IMG/VR virus record: IMGVR_UViG_3300030110_001528 | Span: 1 to 59,042 of that record | Source: a virus | Lineage: Duplodnaviria; Caudoviricetes | Direction: 5' to 3' (one strand) | Length of the DNA: 59,042 nt | In this document: piece by piece, positions 28,830 through 37,912 of the stretch | Numbering within the stretch: position 1 is the stretch's first letter | Layout of the letters: every line of letters starts with the position of its first letter | Translations under genes and position numbers: made by a program | Notes under the pieces: model-generated | What the model was told of the DNA's origin: nothing | The model's database searches: none | What the model saw: the letters and a program-made list of their open reading frames with translations, nothing else

Positions 28830-29303
28830 TCAAATCTTTACCCGATGAAATGATCTGACCGAATTTTTTCTTGTCACGTTATCAAATTGCTGTGACTTGA
28901 ATTGCGACCAACCAAGTGATTCGTAAAGGTGATTGGTCTTGAGTCCAAAATCCTTGTACCCATCTAAGATACCATTAAAATAATGTGTGCTTGGCGGTAA
29001 CAAATCTTTTTGATTCATTACGTAAGTCATCATACCGTTAACAGTAATCTTGCGATACAAATGCGGGAATCCCTCATAGATATCTAAACTGTTTTCACAT
29101 TCGTCAGTGATCTGCCACACACCAACGGGTAAAAGGTCGTCAGCATTTCTGCTCGGCTCAATGTCAGCAACACCCCTAAACACTAATCTCCAATTAGGAA
29201 TGTAAGCAGAACCTAATTGTTTTGCATTAGGGCATCTCTTAGCCATTTGGGTCAAATTAAGATTTGACCCATAAGCAAAGTATAGTTTATTTTTTTCGTT
29301 CAT
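28830..29303 (-). CDS. Gamma-glutamylcyclotransferase (AIG2-like)
   Basis: YFAYGSNL, RCP and LDIYEG.P..Y motifs. Confidence 0.85.
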   Translation of the reverse strand: MNEKNKLYFAYGSNLNLTQMAKRCPNAKQLGSAYIPNWRLVFRGVADIEPSRNADDLLPVGVWQITDECENSLDIYEGFPHLYRKITVNGMMTYVMNQKDLLPPSTHYFNGILDGYKDFGLKTNHLYESLGWSQFKSQQFDNVTRKNSVRSFHRVKI

Positions 29304-29415
29304 TGTTTTTTCTCTCTTTCTCGCTCTGTAATTTAAAGTTCATATCAAATGCAACTTTGGTTTTAAACTTATTAATCGCTTGTCTATGTCGTCTTGAAAT
29401 TGATTTTACGTACAT
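29287..29415 (-). CDS. 42-aa basic peptide (below the ORF-track cutoff)
   Basis: MYVKSISRRHRQAINKF...; AAGGAG RBS, directly downstream of a promoter. Confidence 0.45.
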   Translation of the reverse strand: MYVKSISRRHRQAINKFKTKVAFDMNFKLQSEKERKNNERKK

Positions 29416-29443
29416 TTAAACTTTCTCCTTTTTGTTTATATAT

Positions 29444-29475
29444 ATAATATAGGTATTATGTTACATGATGTCAAG
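29444..29475 (-). promoter_or_regulatory. Sigma70 promoter
   Basis: TTGACA-17 nt-TATATT. Confidence 0.7.
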
Positions 29476-29876
29476 GGAATAAATAATTTAATTTAAATTA
29501 ATTTTACAACAGACTCTCCTGTAAATCGACAGCACGCTGTACTCCTGTTTACGAACAATTGTTCGGGTTCAGGGATTCTTCAGGGAAATCAAAAAATCCC
29601 AGCGACACCACATCGCTGGTAGTTTGGGAGGAAATAATGAGTCGCTGGTTAAGCGATCCATTTAAATTTACTTCGAGAAGCAACTGCCGTCCAGTTAAAA
29701 ATCCGAACAATTGTTCAATCCAGCAGGATGTCGTCCTGCTGGCTACCTGTTGGGAGTACGAACAATTCTTCGGGTTCAGGATCAGGAACAGCGAATCCCG
29801 ATCCCGATTCCCGAACATTTCTGTGTTACGCTGGGAATCTCAGGTTCACGCTGGGCGTTTACCCCCCGTACCAGTG

Positions 29877-30413
29877 TTATTTCCCAGAATCTCCCAGCTC
29901 TTCGCTATTATCGACTATCTCAACCCGAACATCTTTTGCTGGCGTGACGTTACGCATCCTTCCTTGAGCTAATTTCTTAAATTCTTCCAGTTTCTCAATG
30001 ATTTGATCCCGATTAAGTCCGTTCATATCCTCGTGCATAATGTGTTGCTTATTAACCAGTAGTCCAGTTGCCTTCAATCTCAGTTCTTCCGCACGTATTG
30101 CTTCCCCGATTTTACCATTATCCCAAGCTTCGTTACGCATCTTGAGTAAATCCCGAACAGACTTCTCAACAGTTACCCCGAACCTTGCGTTTGCTTCCAT
30201 ACGCATCTCTTGATATCGCTCCTGTACAACAGGATTACGCAACAACCTTACCGCATCAACAGTTGGATTACTGTATCCCGCTTCTCTTGCCGAAGCCGTT
30301 TGTGTCATATCCCGATACATGAAGTTATCCAAGAACCGTTGTTGTTTAGCAGTAAGTCTTTTCCACCCTGCTTTACTTTGTTCTTTCGTTAATGTTTCAC
30401 CAACCTTGCTCAT
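29877..30413 (-). CDS. terS: Terminase small subunit
   Basis: LTAKQQRF...TASAREAGYS...RLLRNPVV HTH signature. Confidence 0.8.
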   Translation of the reverse strand: MSKVGETLTKEQSKAGWKRLTAKQQRFLDNFMYRDMTQTASAREAGYSNPTVDAVRLLRNPVVQERYQEMRMEANARFGVTVEKSVRDLLKMRNEAWDNGKIGEAIRAEELRLKATGLLVNKQHIMHEDMNGLNRDQIIEKLEEFKKLAQGRMRNVTPAKDVRVEIVDNSEELGDSGK

Positions 30414-30499
30414 ATATTCTCCTGTTTAGTATGGGTGTGAATGTTCCTTCTTCGTAATCCACACCCGAACAATTTATCGTGCTGGACGCTAAAAAAAAT

Positions 30500-30725
30500 A
30501 TAGGGGGAGGTGGTGGGTTACTTACCACCCCCCTATACCCCCTATAGGGGGTAAGTCTCGGTAAGTTGGTAAGTTGTAATAAAATCAATGACTTAGCAAG
30601 CACAATTAACTTACCATAACAGGATGTAACCACCGTAACCACTTCCCGATTAATGTAATAAAAACAAACACTTAACAAGTTACCAACCAATCTACTTACC
30701 ACCGTAACTTCGTAACCCGTAACCT
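30500..30725. repeat. Iteron-like GGTAAG/GTAAC repeats around a palindrome, with an IHF-like site (candidate origin or pac region)
   Basis: cccctatagggg at 30539-30550; ggtaag three times; multiple cttacc/gtaacc; aatcaatgactta at 30583-30595. Confidence 0.5.
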
Positions 30726-30743
30726 GTTGTTCACGTTTCGTAC

Positions 30744-30926
30744 TCATTTTTCACCTTGTTCGTAACTACAATCAACACACAAATAGGTGTGGTCATTATA
30801 TAAGATAAACCAATCTTCTTCTTTTGTTATTTTGCATCTTGGACATTCTAAACTACTTGTCAACAACAGTTCTCTTTGTTGTTTTTTCTTATTACTTTTA
30901 ATAGGAAACGCAATAACTTCACCCAT
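30744..30926 (-). CDS. Small zinc-finger protein
   Basis: CPRC...CVDC. Confidence 0.55.
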   Translation of the reverse strand: MGEVIAFPIKSNKKKQQRELLLTSSLECPRCKITKEEDWFILYNDHTYLCVDCSYEQGEK

Positions 30927-31363
30927 TACTCATACTCCCATCTATAAAAACAATGCGTGTCAATGCAAACGGTATTGGTGAACGCATTAGCCCAATAAGG
31001 TTGAACATAATTAGCATGATAATGGGTTGAACCATCAGTAACGTCAATAGTAATTTGTTCGTTTATGACAACCCATGCGATACTTTCAGCCCAGCCGTAT
31101 GCCTGTTTGTCAGCAATATGTTCGGGTTTGCCATCACAATAGAAGCTAAAAGCACATTTATCCCGAACAATTTTACTGCTATCCCATGAATACCTCAACC
31201 CATCCGTGACAACTTCGCATACTGTGTTCGGGAAACGATAATCGTTTACTCGATTCATAACCACTTGAGCCACCGCTAATTGAGCCACCGTTGATTCCGA
31301 TCTTGCTTCAAAGTAGATAGCATAACTCATGCACGTTAAAGCCGTTGCGGTTTCAAGTAACAT
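30926..31363 (-). CDS. Cell wall hydrolase (SleB/Hydrolase_2)
   Basis: IYFEARSE, VAQVVMNRV, FPNTVCEVV and THYHANYVQPYW. Confidence 0.9.
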   Translation of the reverse strand: MLLETATALTCMSYAIYFEARSESTVAQLAVAQVVMNRVNDYRFPNTVCEVVTDGLRYSWDSSKIVRDKCAFSFYCDGKPEHIADKQAYGWAESIAWVVINEQITIDVTDGSTHYHANYVQPYWANAFTNTVCIDTHCFYRWEYE

Positions 31364-31869
31364 TATAACCCCCTATTCTTCAACATGCGTTCAACTCTAT
31401 TAAGAGGGCGATTGCGAATAAGTTTATTTTCGGGAACCCTGCGTTTTTTATTACCACTTGATGTACGTGAATATTTTTTTTGACCATCATAGTCGGATAT
31501 TTCATCCAAGACATTTCGTGTTAGCACAGCTATTGAACCGTTAAAGGATATTTTACCATACTTATCGTACTCTTCGGCTCTTGGATCATCAACAAACTTA
31601 CCCCTACCCCAATCCTCAGCAAGACGTTTCTTTTTCGGCATATGTTTTGGTAAAGTCCATGATGGTTTATGCCATTGCGATTGTTGACGAGGGGAATTGT
31701 TCGGTTTCTTTTGATAAAGAATGTTTTTTACTTGCTCTACACTAAGACCAAATTTCTTGGCAACATCTTCTGTGGTGTGTATTTTGTCATGCTTGTATCG
31801 TTTCAATAACATTCCTTTTTGATGAAATGCTTTAACTTCTTTTTTAAATTCTTCTGAATACTTCGTCAT
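31363..31869 (-). CDS. Hypothetical HTH-like protein
   Basis: KYSEEFKKEV...DVAKKFGLS. Confidence 0.55.
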   Translation of the reverse strand: MTKYSEEFKKEVKAFHQKGMLLKRYKHDKIHTTEDVAKKFGLSVEQVKNILYQKKPNNSPRQQSQWHKPSWTLPKHMPKKKRLAEDWGRGKFVDDPRAEEYDKYGKISFNGSIAVLTRNVLDEISDYDGQKKYSRTSSGNKKRRVPENKLIRNRPLNRVERMLKNRGL

Positions 31870-32077
31870 TTATTTATTCTCATTTTAATTGAAATACATG
31901 TGGGTAATCTATAAATTTTGTCGCCATGACTTAGAATGTTCTCGACATTTTACACAAATATTAAACCCTTTATAATAAACAATCGGGGGGGGATAATAAT
32001 ACTGTGATCTATAGTTTTGACGTACCCACTCGCCAATGAAAGGAACGAAAGTGAACATTTCCCCCCTATTCCTTTAA

Positions 32078-32260
32078 TTAAATTCCGTTATGTAAGTATT
32101 CTTCTTGTTGAATTTCTAATTCATTGTTGTAACAATCTAAACATATAACGTCATTGGGTGACTTGTGATCTATGTTCGGAAATCTATAATCCGCAGGATC
32201 ACTATCACCAACCCAATCGGGTTTAACATTTTCATCATTACATTCTATGCACCTATACAT
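32078..32260 (-). CDS. Small zinc-finger protein
   Basis: CIEC...CLDC. Confidence 0.55.
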   Translation of the reverse strand: MYRCIECNDENVKPDWVGDSDPADYRFPNIDHKSPNDVICLDCYNNELEIQQEEYLHNGI

Positions 32261-32457
32261 AAACTTCTCCTCATGTGGTATTCATAATTTTCTATTTGGG
32301 AATCAATCTCATTGATAGTTGACCAATAAACCTCTGAATTACTGCCTAATCTAGGTTTAGATTGTTTTGCTCTGAACGGTTCTTCAACAACAAAAGAGTA
32401 ACCAACTTCATAGTCATCAAAATCTTTGTCAATGAGCGATGTAAATGCTTTAACCAT
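32245..32457 (-). CDS. Hypothetical protein
   Basis: Translationally coupled ORF. Confidence 0.5.
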   Translation of the reverse strand: MVKAFTSLIDKDFDDYEVGYSFVVEEPFRAKQSKPRLGSNSEVYWSTINEIDSQIENYEYHMRRSLCIGA

Positions 32458-32900
32458 TATGCCACCTCTTCAAAATGGCAGGAAACAACTTTAACTGTTC
32501 TGAAGTTTTTAGCATATTCGCAAATCTCCATCCAAATACCCTCAAATTGACCCTCTGTAACACCGTAGGACATTAAAGCACGTTTCATAATTCTACTAGC
32601 CGTATCTGTCCATACAAGAGAGTTAGCAACTGCAAACTTCCATGCACCAATCTCTTTTTCAAGAGTGTCATATTGCCACCCTTGATTACAACCAATAATG
32701 TGACCAATCTCATGCAAAGCCGAAACATAAAACCCCGTATTCTTCGTAGGTCGAATGCAGATAGTTCTTGTTTTTTGGTTTGCATAATACCTTGGAGTAA
32801 CATCTTTTAATGGTTGATAAATTACTTTGATCTTATGGTTTGCACATAACTCTTGTACGTGCAAAGCCATATCAATACGTTTTACTAATGCTCTAGTCAT
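32457..32900 (-). CDS. HExxH metallopeptidase-like protein
   Basis: ALHEIGH...EKEIGAW. Confidence 0.7.
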   Translation of the reverse strand: MTRALVKRIDMALHVQELCANHKIKVIYQPLKDVTPRYYANQKTRTICIRPTKNTGFYVSALHEIGHIIGCNQGWQYDTLEKEIGAWKFAVANSLVWTDTASRIMKRALMSYGVTEGQFEGIWMEICEYAKNFRTVKVVSCHFEEVA

Positions 32901-33270
32901 TTAACACCTCACTTTCTTTAGCCAAAATTGTACCGCCATCCTCGGTAACTAATTCCCATTTACCTTCGTAGTCAAAATTTTCAAATAATTTTGCAATTTC
33001 ATCTAATGTTTTTTTACCACTAGATGACATTCTATCGTAATCAAAATGTAAATCATCAATTAGACTAATAATTTCCAATTTTTTAATAAGAAATAAAACC
33101 TTATCTTTAGGAAAACCGTTATCTTCAATACAGTATTCAGTTTCACCTTTTAAAAAACTATTTACATAATCAATTACCTCTTTTGGTTTTTGACCTGCAA
33201 AATCTAATTTATGATTAAATTCAAAATCAAGAATTTTAACTAACTCTTTATAATCTTTATTTTTGTTCAT
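32893..33270 (-). CDS. Hypothetical protein
   Basis: 125 aa coupled ORF. Confidence 0.55.
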   Translation of the reverse strand: MNKNKDYKELVKILDFEFNHKLDFAGQKPKEVIDYVNSFLKGETEYCIEDNGFPKDKVLFLIKKLEIISLIDDLHFDYDRMSSSGKKTLDEIAKLFENFDYEGKWELVTEDGGTILAKESEVLND

Positions 33271-33500
33271 TAGGCAGTCCTCGTAACTAAAAGTTTATTA
33301 TTGTAACTTGTAACAGAAACTTGTTTGTCAACATCAAGATTGCTTACGTTAATTAAATCTTTCTCATATAAGCCATATACTTCTGTATTTAGCACATCAC
33401 CCGATACATCATATTCATCATTATCAAAAATACCATTAGTCTTACCTACATAATGGATGGAAAACTTTCTGTCTGATGGGATATTAATATTTTTGTTCAT
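33270..33500 (-). CDS. Hypothetical protein
   Basis: 76 aa with a GAGGTG RBS, first gene after a promoter. Confidence 0.55.
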   Translation of the reverse strand: MNKNINIPSDRKFSIHYVGKTNGIFDNDEYDVSGDVLNTEVYGLYEKDLINVSNLDVDKQVSVTSYNNKLLVTRTA

Positions 33501-33539
33501 TTAGCACCTCTCTTTCGTTCTTTTGTTAGTGTATGATAG

Positions 33540-33570
33540 TTATATAAGTATTATGTTTCCTAAGTCAAGT
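33540..33570 (-). promoter_or_regulatory. Sigma70-like promoter with operator-like spacer
   Basis: TTGACT...TATATAAC with an upstream T tract. Confidence 0.6.
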
Positions 33571-33750
33571 AAAAAAAACATTTTTTTTATTTTTTTTATT
33601 TTTCCTTATTTTCTTTAGGTAAATAAACAAGTACAAAACTATTACAATTTGGACATGATAAATTCGTAACCATCATATACTCTTCATTATCATCTTCTTC
33701 AATGTCGTGATCTCCACCCCAAATTAATTCTTTATTACAATGCCAACAAT

Positions 33751-34404
33751 TCATTTTCTACCTCCTACTGCATAACCCATAAAATTATACGATTGCCAAA
33801 TTTTAGAAACATTACCCAATTGTTTTAATTCTTCATTCAATTCTCTTTCAGTTTTACAAAACATCGAAACGGCTAACTGGGTATCTTTATCCAGAATCTC
33901 CTGATCCTGAAAATTTGTTCGCTTTTCCTGAACGTGCATCCTGTGTATAAGTGTCTGGATAATTGTGTTGTCAAGATATACTTTCTCAGCGATTAATAAT
34001 ATTGCACCCCGATTGATTCGTTCTTTTATCAACTGGAGTATACGTTTTCTTTTTCCCGATCCGAGAAACTGGAGCGTGAACATAGATATGATTACCGAAA
34101 CATTGTTCGGCTCTGGTAATATATCCTCGATGTCACCCAGTTTAAAATCAAACCCCGAATGGATTGTTTTTAATTTATTTTTATCAATCCCGATGTATTC
34201 ACAGTTTTCAGCTTTTGGCATCTGGGATAGAAACCGACCCGTTGAACACCCGATGTCAATGACTGCACTCTCTGGTTGAGCATATTCACACCCGATTCCT
34301 GTAAATATTTTAGTGAGCGAAGAATAGTTCGGGATTGACAACTCGATATGTTTGTCAAAATCCTCTATTGCTTTAAAATTAAATATTTTATAATGATGTG
34401 TCAT
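33751..34404 (-). CDS. CmoA-like class I SAM-dependent protein (candidate carboxy-SAM synthase)
   Basis: FDKHIELSIPNY, DIGCSTG, FTLQFL, IAEKV and WQSYNF match the CmoA family pattern. Confidence 0.75.
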   Translation of the reverse strand: MTHHYKIFNFKAIEDFDKHIELSIPNYSSLTKIFTGIGCEYAQPESAVIDIGCSTGRFLSQMPKAENCEYIGIDKNKLKTIHSGFDFKLGDIEDILPEPNNVSVIISMFTLQFLGSGKRKRILQLIKERINRGAILLIAEKVYLDNTIIQTLIHRMHVQEKRTNFQDQEILDKDTQLAVSMFCKTERELNEELKQLGNVSKIWQSYNFMGYAVGGRK

Positions 34405-35545
34405 TTTCTTGCACCTGTTTTATTCTAGTTCCGAGCCATTCCATAACATTAATAGACATAGCCCGACCACAGGCTTCATATCTTTTTGATACAGGACATT
34501 CCTCCTTTGATTTGCCACGATAAGGTATTTGCGTGTAATTATCAGGCAAACCCTGAAGCCTTTCACATTCCAATGGCGTTAATCTCCGAACAATAGTGTT
34601 CCGAGCAACGCATGGTTGTCTGTTACCCCCTGTCATTGCGTTAAGCGTGGGAGAAACTTCCTCTTTTCTCACTCTTGGTGCTCCTCCATCAGGCGATCTG
34701 GGTTCAAAAACCACACAGGAAGAATTGTTCGGTTCACGCATCAGGACGGAATGATGATCGTGAGCTGTAATTTTGTACATAGCTCCATTCTGGTTTAATC
34801 CACTACCATTTGACTTTGAATGCCCCGATGCAATAGCAACCAAATCGGTGGCTGACTTGTAATCACGAGCGGCTATTGTTCCTGCGATGTCGTCTTGAGT
34901 GTATTGATCGCTTCGTGTAAGGCGGTGCGTAATTGTTCGGGTATCTTCTTCCCTTTTCTTCCTGCTCGGCGGAGGATTCCATGACAATGCTTTTCCGTCA
35001 AATAAAACCTTCGCTGGATTTCGCCAGTTTCGAGAATGTCCGACAACGAAGATACGCCTTCGCATTTGCGGGATTGCTCTTGGGAATCGTTGTGTTCGTA
35101 TGTATTGAGTGTCAAGAACCCTGTAGGCGAACCCATACCCGCATTCTGCCAACCCTCCGAGGAAGGAAGCAAGGTCTTTTCCTCCGTTAGATGACAAGAC
35201 ACCGGGGACATTTTCCCAAAGTACCCACTTGGGATTAATTCTTTTAATAAGGCGTATAAACTCAAGTGCGAGATTTCCTCTATCCGATTTAACTCCCTCC
35301 CGAAGTCCTGCCACGCTGAAGGTAGCACATGGTGTTCCTCCAACCAAGACATCTGGAGATTTTCCTCCGATGTTTTTCTTTTCGATTTTCGTAAAGTCGC
35401 CATAATTTTTTACCTCTGGGTAATGATGTTTTAAAATAGCAGAACGGAAAGGTTCTATCTCAGACACACCTATACATTCGTATCCAAGAGGTTCCCACGC
35501 CACACTTGCACTCTCTATTCCGCTACATATTGATAAAAATTTCAT
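34388..35545 (-). CDS. DNA cytosine-C5 methyltransferase family (candidate carboxymethyltransferase)
   Basis: SGI motif I, GTPC catalytic motif, WENV, QMRRRIF and RRLTPLECERLQG; motif X reads CGRAM. Confidence 0.9.
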   Translation of the reverse strand: MKFLSICSGIESASVAWEPLGYECIGVSEIEPFRSAILKHHYPEVKNYGDFTKIEKKNIGGKSPDVLVGGTPCATFSVAGLREGVKSDRGNLALEFIRLIKRINPKWVLWENVPGVLSSNGGKDLASFLGGLAECGYGFAYRVLDTQYIRTQRFPRAIPQMRRRIFVVGHSRNWRNPAKVLFDGKALSWNPPPSRKKREEDTRTITHRLTRSDQYTQDDIAGTIAARDYKSATDLVAIASGHSKSNGSGLNQNGAMYKITAHDHHSVLMREPNNSSCVVFEPRSPDGGAPRVRKEEVSPTLNAMTGGNRQPCVARNTIVRRLTPLECERLQGLPDNYTQIPYRGKSKEECPVSKRYEACGRAMSINVMEWLGTRIKQVQENDTSL

Positions 35546-35718
35546 TGTAATTTTTCTTTTTCTTTAGCTTCTTTTTTGTTTATTTCTTTAAGCTCCCGAT
35601 CACAAGCTCCACAACGAACATGTGTTGGGTCTTCTTTGTAAATTCTTCCTCTGGTCATCATGCCACACCAATCACAGTCAATGAAATTTTCATAATATCT
35701 TAAATAAGTATCACTCAT
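35542..35718 (-). CDS. 58-aa zinc-ribbon protein (below the ORF-track cutoff)
   Basis: MSDTYLRYYENFIDCDWCG...CGACD; ATGA overlaps at both ends. Confidence 0.6.
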   Translation of the reverse strand: MSDTYLRYYENFIDCDWCGMMTRGRIYKEDPTHVRCGACDRELKEINKKEAKEKEKLQ

Positions 35719-37877
35719 ACGTTATCCCTCGCAGTTGTTGCCTCATATTCACCCCGACTCATAGTTCCATCAATAAGACCAAGCCACTTACGACCTCCTG
35801 CCGTGCTGAAACTAAACTTGTCAATTCTTCCTTCTGTAATCAATTCCCGAACAATTCCATCCAAAACTCTCTGGGATAAGTTTTGCAAAGCGTCTGGTGC
35901 ATCTAAATCAGTCAAGCGGTTACTCAAAGAATCAGCACCACCCTGTTGGCACAAAGCACGACCTTCATTTTCACAACGTCTAATCCATTCATGCAATGCC
36001 GTTTTTCTTAAATCCCGATTCGTTCCACTATTTAATTGAACAACATCATCAGTTCTATCCATCAAAAGACCTGTATCTAAATCCCGAACAAATTTTCTTA
36101 TTTGTCTTTTTGCTGGACCGTTTGACTTAACAACAGCACCATCGAAACATCTGTTCCTCTGGTATTCTATATCTAATTCTTTGCACTGGCGTTTCGCTGT
36201 ATTCTCATCCAGTTGCCACAAGGCAAAAGCACAACGAACACCATCAACAATGGCTGATGTACCCCGAATAAGATTACGAGCTTGTTCTGGTGTTGATATA
36301 ACTGTATCATCTTTAACTTTTGTCATGTGGTGGCACATCATAACTGACGCACCTGTTTCCGAACAAATCTTCGACATTAACCCAGTAAGTGCGGCTCCTG
36401 TTGCTGGATCAGAATTTACGTCTGCGTGAACAAACGAAGCCAACGGATCAAATATAATTAACTTCAGGTTGTTAATCTGTAATATTTGTTCGTATATACG
36501 CTCAAACTCTGCTGACGTTGTAAGTTCCCCATGAATACTTTGAAGAACAGGGAATACACCACCAACATTCGGCAATGATACAACCCGAAGTTCATTTTCA
36601 TACTCTAATCTTTCATTTCTTGGGTCTAAACGCTCTATTCTTCTGTGCATTTCGTCCTCATCATCTTCTGCTGTAAAGATAACGACATTACCAAACTCGG
36701 TAACATTACCCCCGAATGAATTACGCATTGGGTATCCACCAGTAACCTTCATAGCTAAATCAAGTGTAAGCATCCCCTTACCAGCATCTCCTGCGGCTGA
36801 TAATATAATTGGCACACCTAAAGGAAATGTACCGTCTACTATGAATTTTTGTTCGGGTGCTGGGCCAACGAATCTCGATATAAGTAAGCTGTCATCCAGC
36901 AAATTTATGTTTTGCTTGGTAAAATTGTTCGTAGTATTAAGAAAATCACTAATATCAAACCCTTCAGTTATGGCATCTGCCACATCCCATCTTTCAGGCT
37001 TGCCTCTGGGAAGAGTAAGCATTTTAACGGACTTCACGTTAGCATTCAGGGCTAATTCCTGAACAAGTTCAGCCAGTTTCTTACCTGCATTATCATTATC
37101 AGCCCATAATATAAGCTCTTTGCCTTGCAATGGAGAAAAATCGTACTGCGAAGCTGACTTTTTAGTAAGCATACCCGCACCACCCATCGTGCAAGTCGCT
37201 GTATAGCCCATGTTGTTAAGTGCATCAGCACATTTTTCACCTTCAACCCAGATAACTGTATCTGACGCTAAAATGTTCGGGATATTATACAATGGTCTGA
37301 CATCTGGCATCCGAGGATATGGGTGTTCGCCAGTAAATTGCCTAAATTCTTTCTTGGGTTTGCCATGCGTGTCCAGTACAGGATTACCTGATCCATCCCG
37401 AACAAGATACTTCCGAACCGAACAAATTGCCTGACCATCGGAGTTTTTATATAAATACTCAGAATCGTAGGGCGTTTGCCTGTTAATACTAACTTTTACT
37501 GGATTTTCTGCTGGTTGTTCCCGAACAAAGTTTTGAGGTTCACCTATGTATTCCGAAAACATCTCTTTAATTTCAGGAAGTCGCAAACCTCTACCCTCCA
37601 TTAATATCTTTACGATACCTCCGATACCGACACCTCCATTAAAATCCTGACCCTTCATAAAGTATGGACTTCTTGGGTTGATGTCGATCTTCAGGGATTT
37701 ACCCGATTCGCCTGAAGTCGAACCGATTGTAAACAAATCACCTGTTACTCTCCCTTGAGGAAAAGTATTACGAAGAACATCTATTTGAACCTGTCTTGGC
37801 ACTTTATTACTAATATTTTCAACTAGCTCACTTGCCGACATACTAGATTTAGTATTGTCAAATGGTAAAACACGCAT
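35715..37877 (-). CDS. Primase-helicase (Toprim plus RepA/AAA_25)
   Basis: VEGEKCAD, WADNDNAG and WDVAD; GDAGKG Walker A; IIFDPL; HHMTK. Confidence 0.9.
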   Translation of the reverse strand: MRVLPFDNTKSSMSASELVENISNKVPRQVQIDVLRNTFPQGRVTGDLFTIGSTSGESGKSLKIDINPRSPYFMKGQDFNGGVGIGGIVKILMEGRGLRLPEIKEMFSEYIGEPQNFVREQPAENPVKVSINRQTPYDSEYLYKNSDGQAICSVRKYLVRDGSGNPVLDTHGKPKKEFRQFTGEHPYPRMPDVRPLYNIPNILASDTVIWVEGEKCADALNNMGYTATCTMGGAGMLTKKSASQYDFSPLQGKELILWADNDNAGKKLAELVQELALNANVKSVKMLTLPRGKPERWDVADAITEGFDISDFLNTTNNFTKQNINLLDDSLLISRFVGPAPEQKFIVDGTFPLGVPIILSAAGDAGKGMLTLDLAMKVTGGYPMRNSFGGNVTEFGNVVIFTAEDDEDEMHRRIERLDPRNERLEYENELRVVSLPNVGGVFPVLQSIHGELTTSAEFERIYEQILQINNLKLIIFDPLASFVHADVNSDPATGAALTGLMSKICSETGASVMMCHHMTKVKDDTVISTPEQARNLIRGTSAIVDGVRCAFALWQLDENTAKRQCKELDIEYQRNRCFDGAVVKSNGPAKRQIRKFVRDLDTGLLMDRTDDVVQLNSGTNRDLRKTALHEWIRRCENEGRALCQQGGADSLSNRLTDLDAPDALQNLSQRVLDGIVRELITEGRIDKFSFSTAGGRKWLGLIDGTMSRGEYEATTARDNV

Positions 37878-37912
37878 TATATTGTACTCCTAACCCCTCT
37901 TAACCCGAACAA

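Noticed and set aside
29549-29972. Several overlapping ORFs on both strands
   Set aside because: Repeat-rich, GC-elevated intergenic DNA with no protein motifs.
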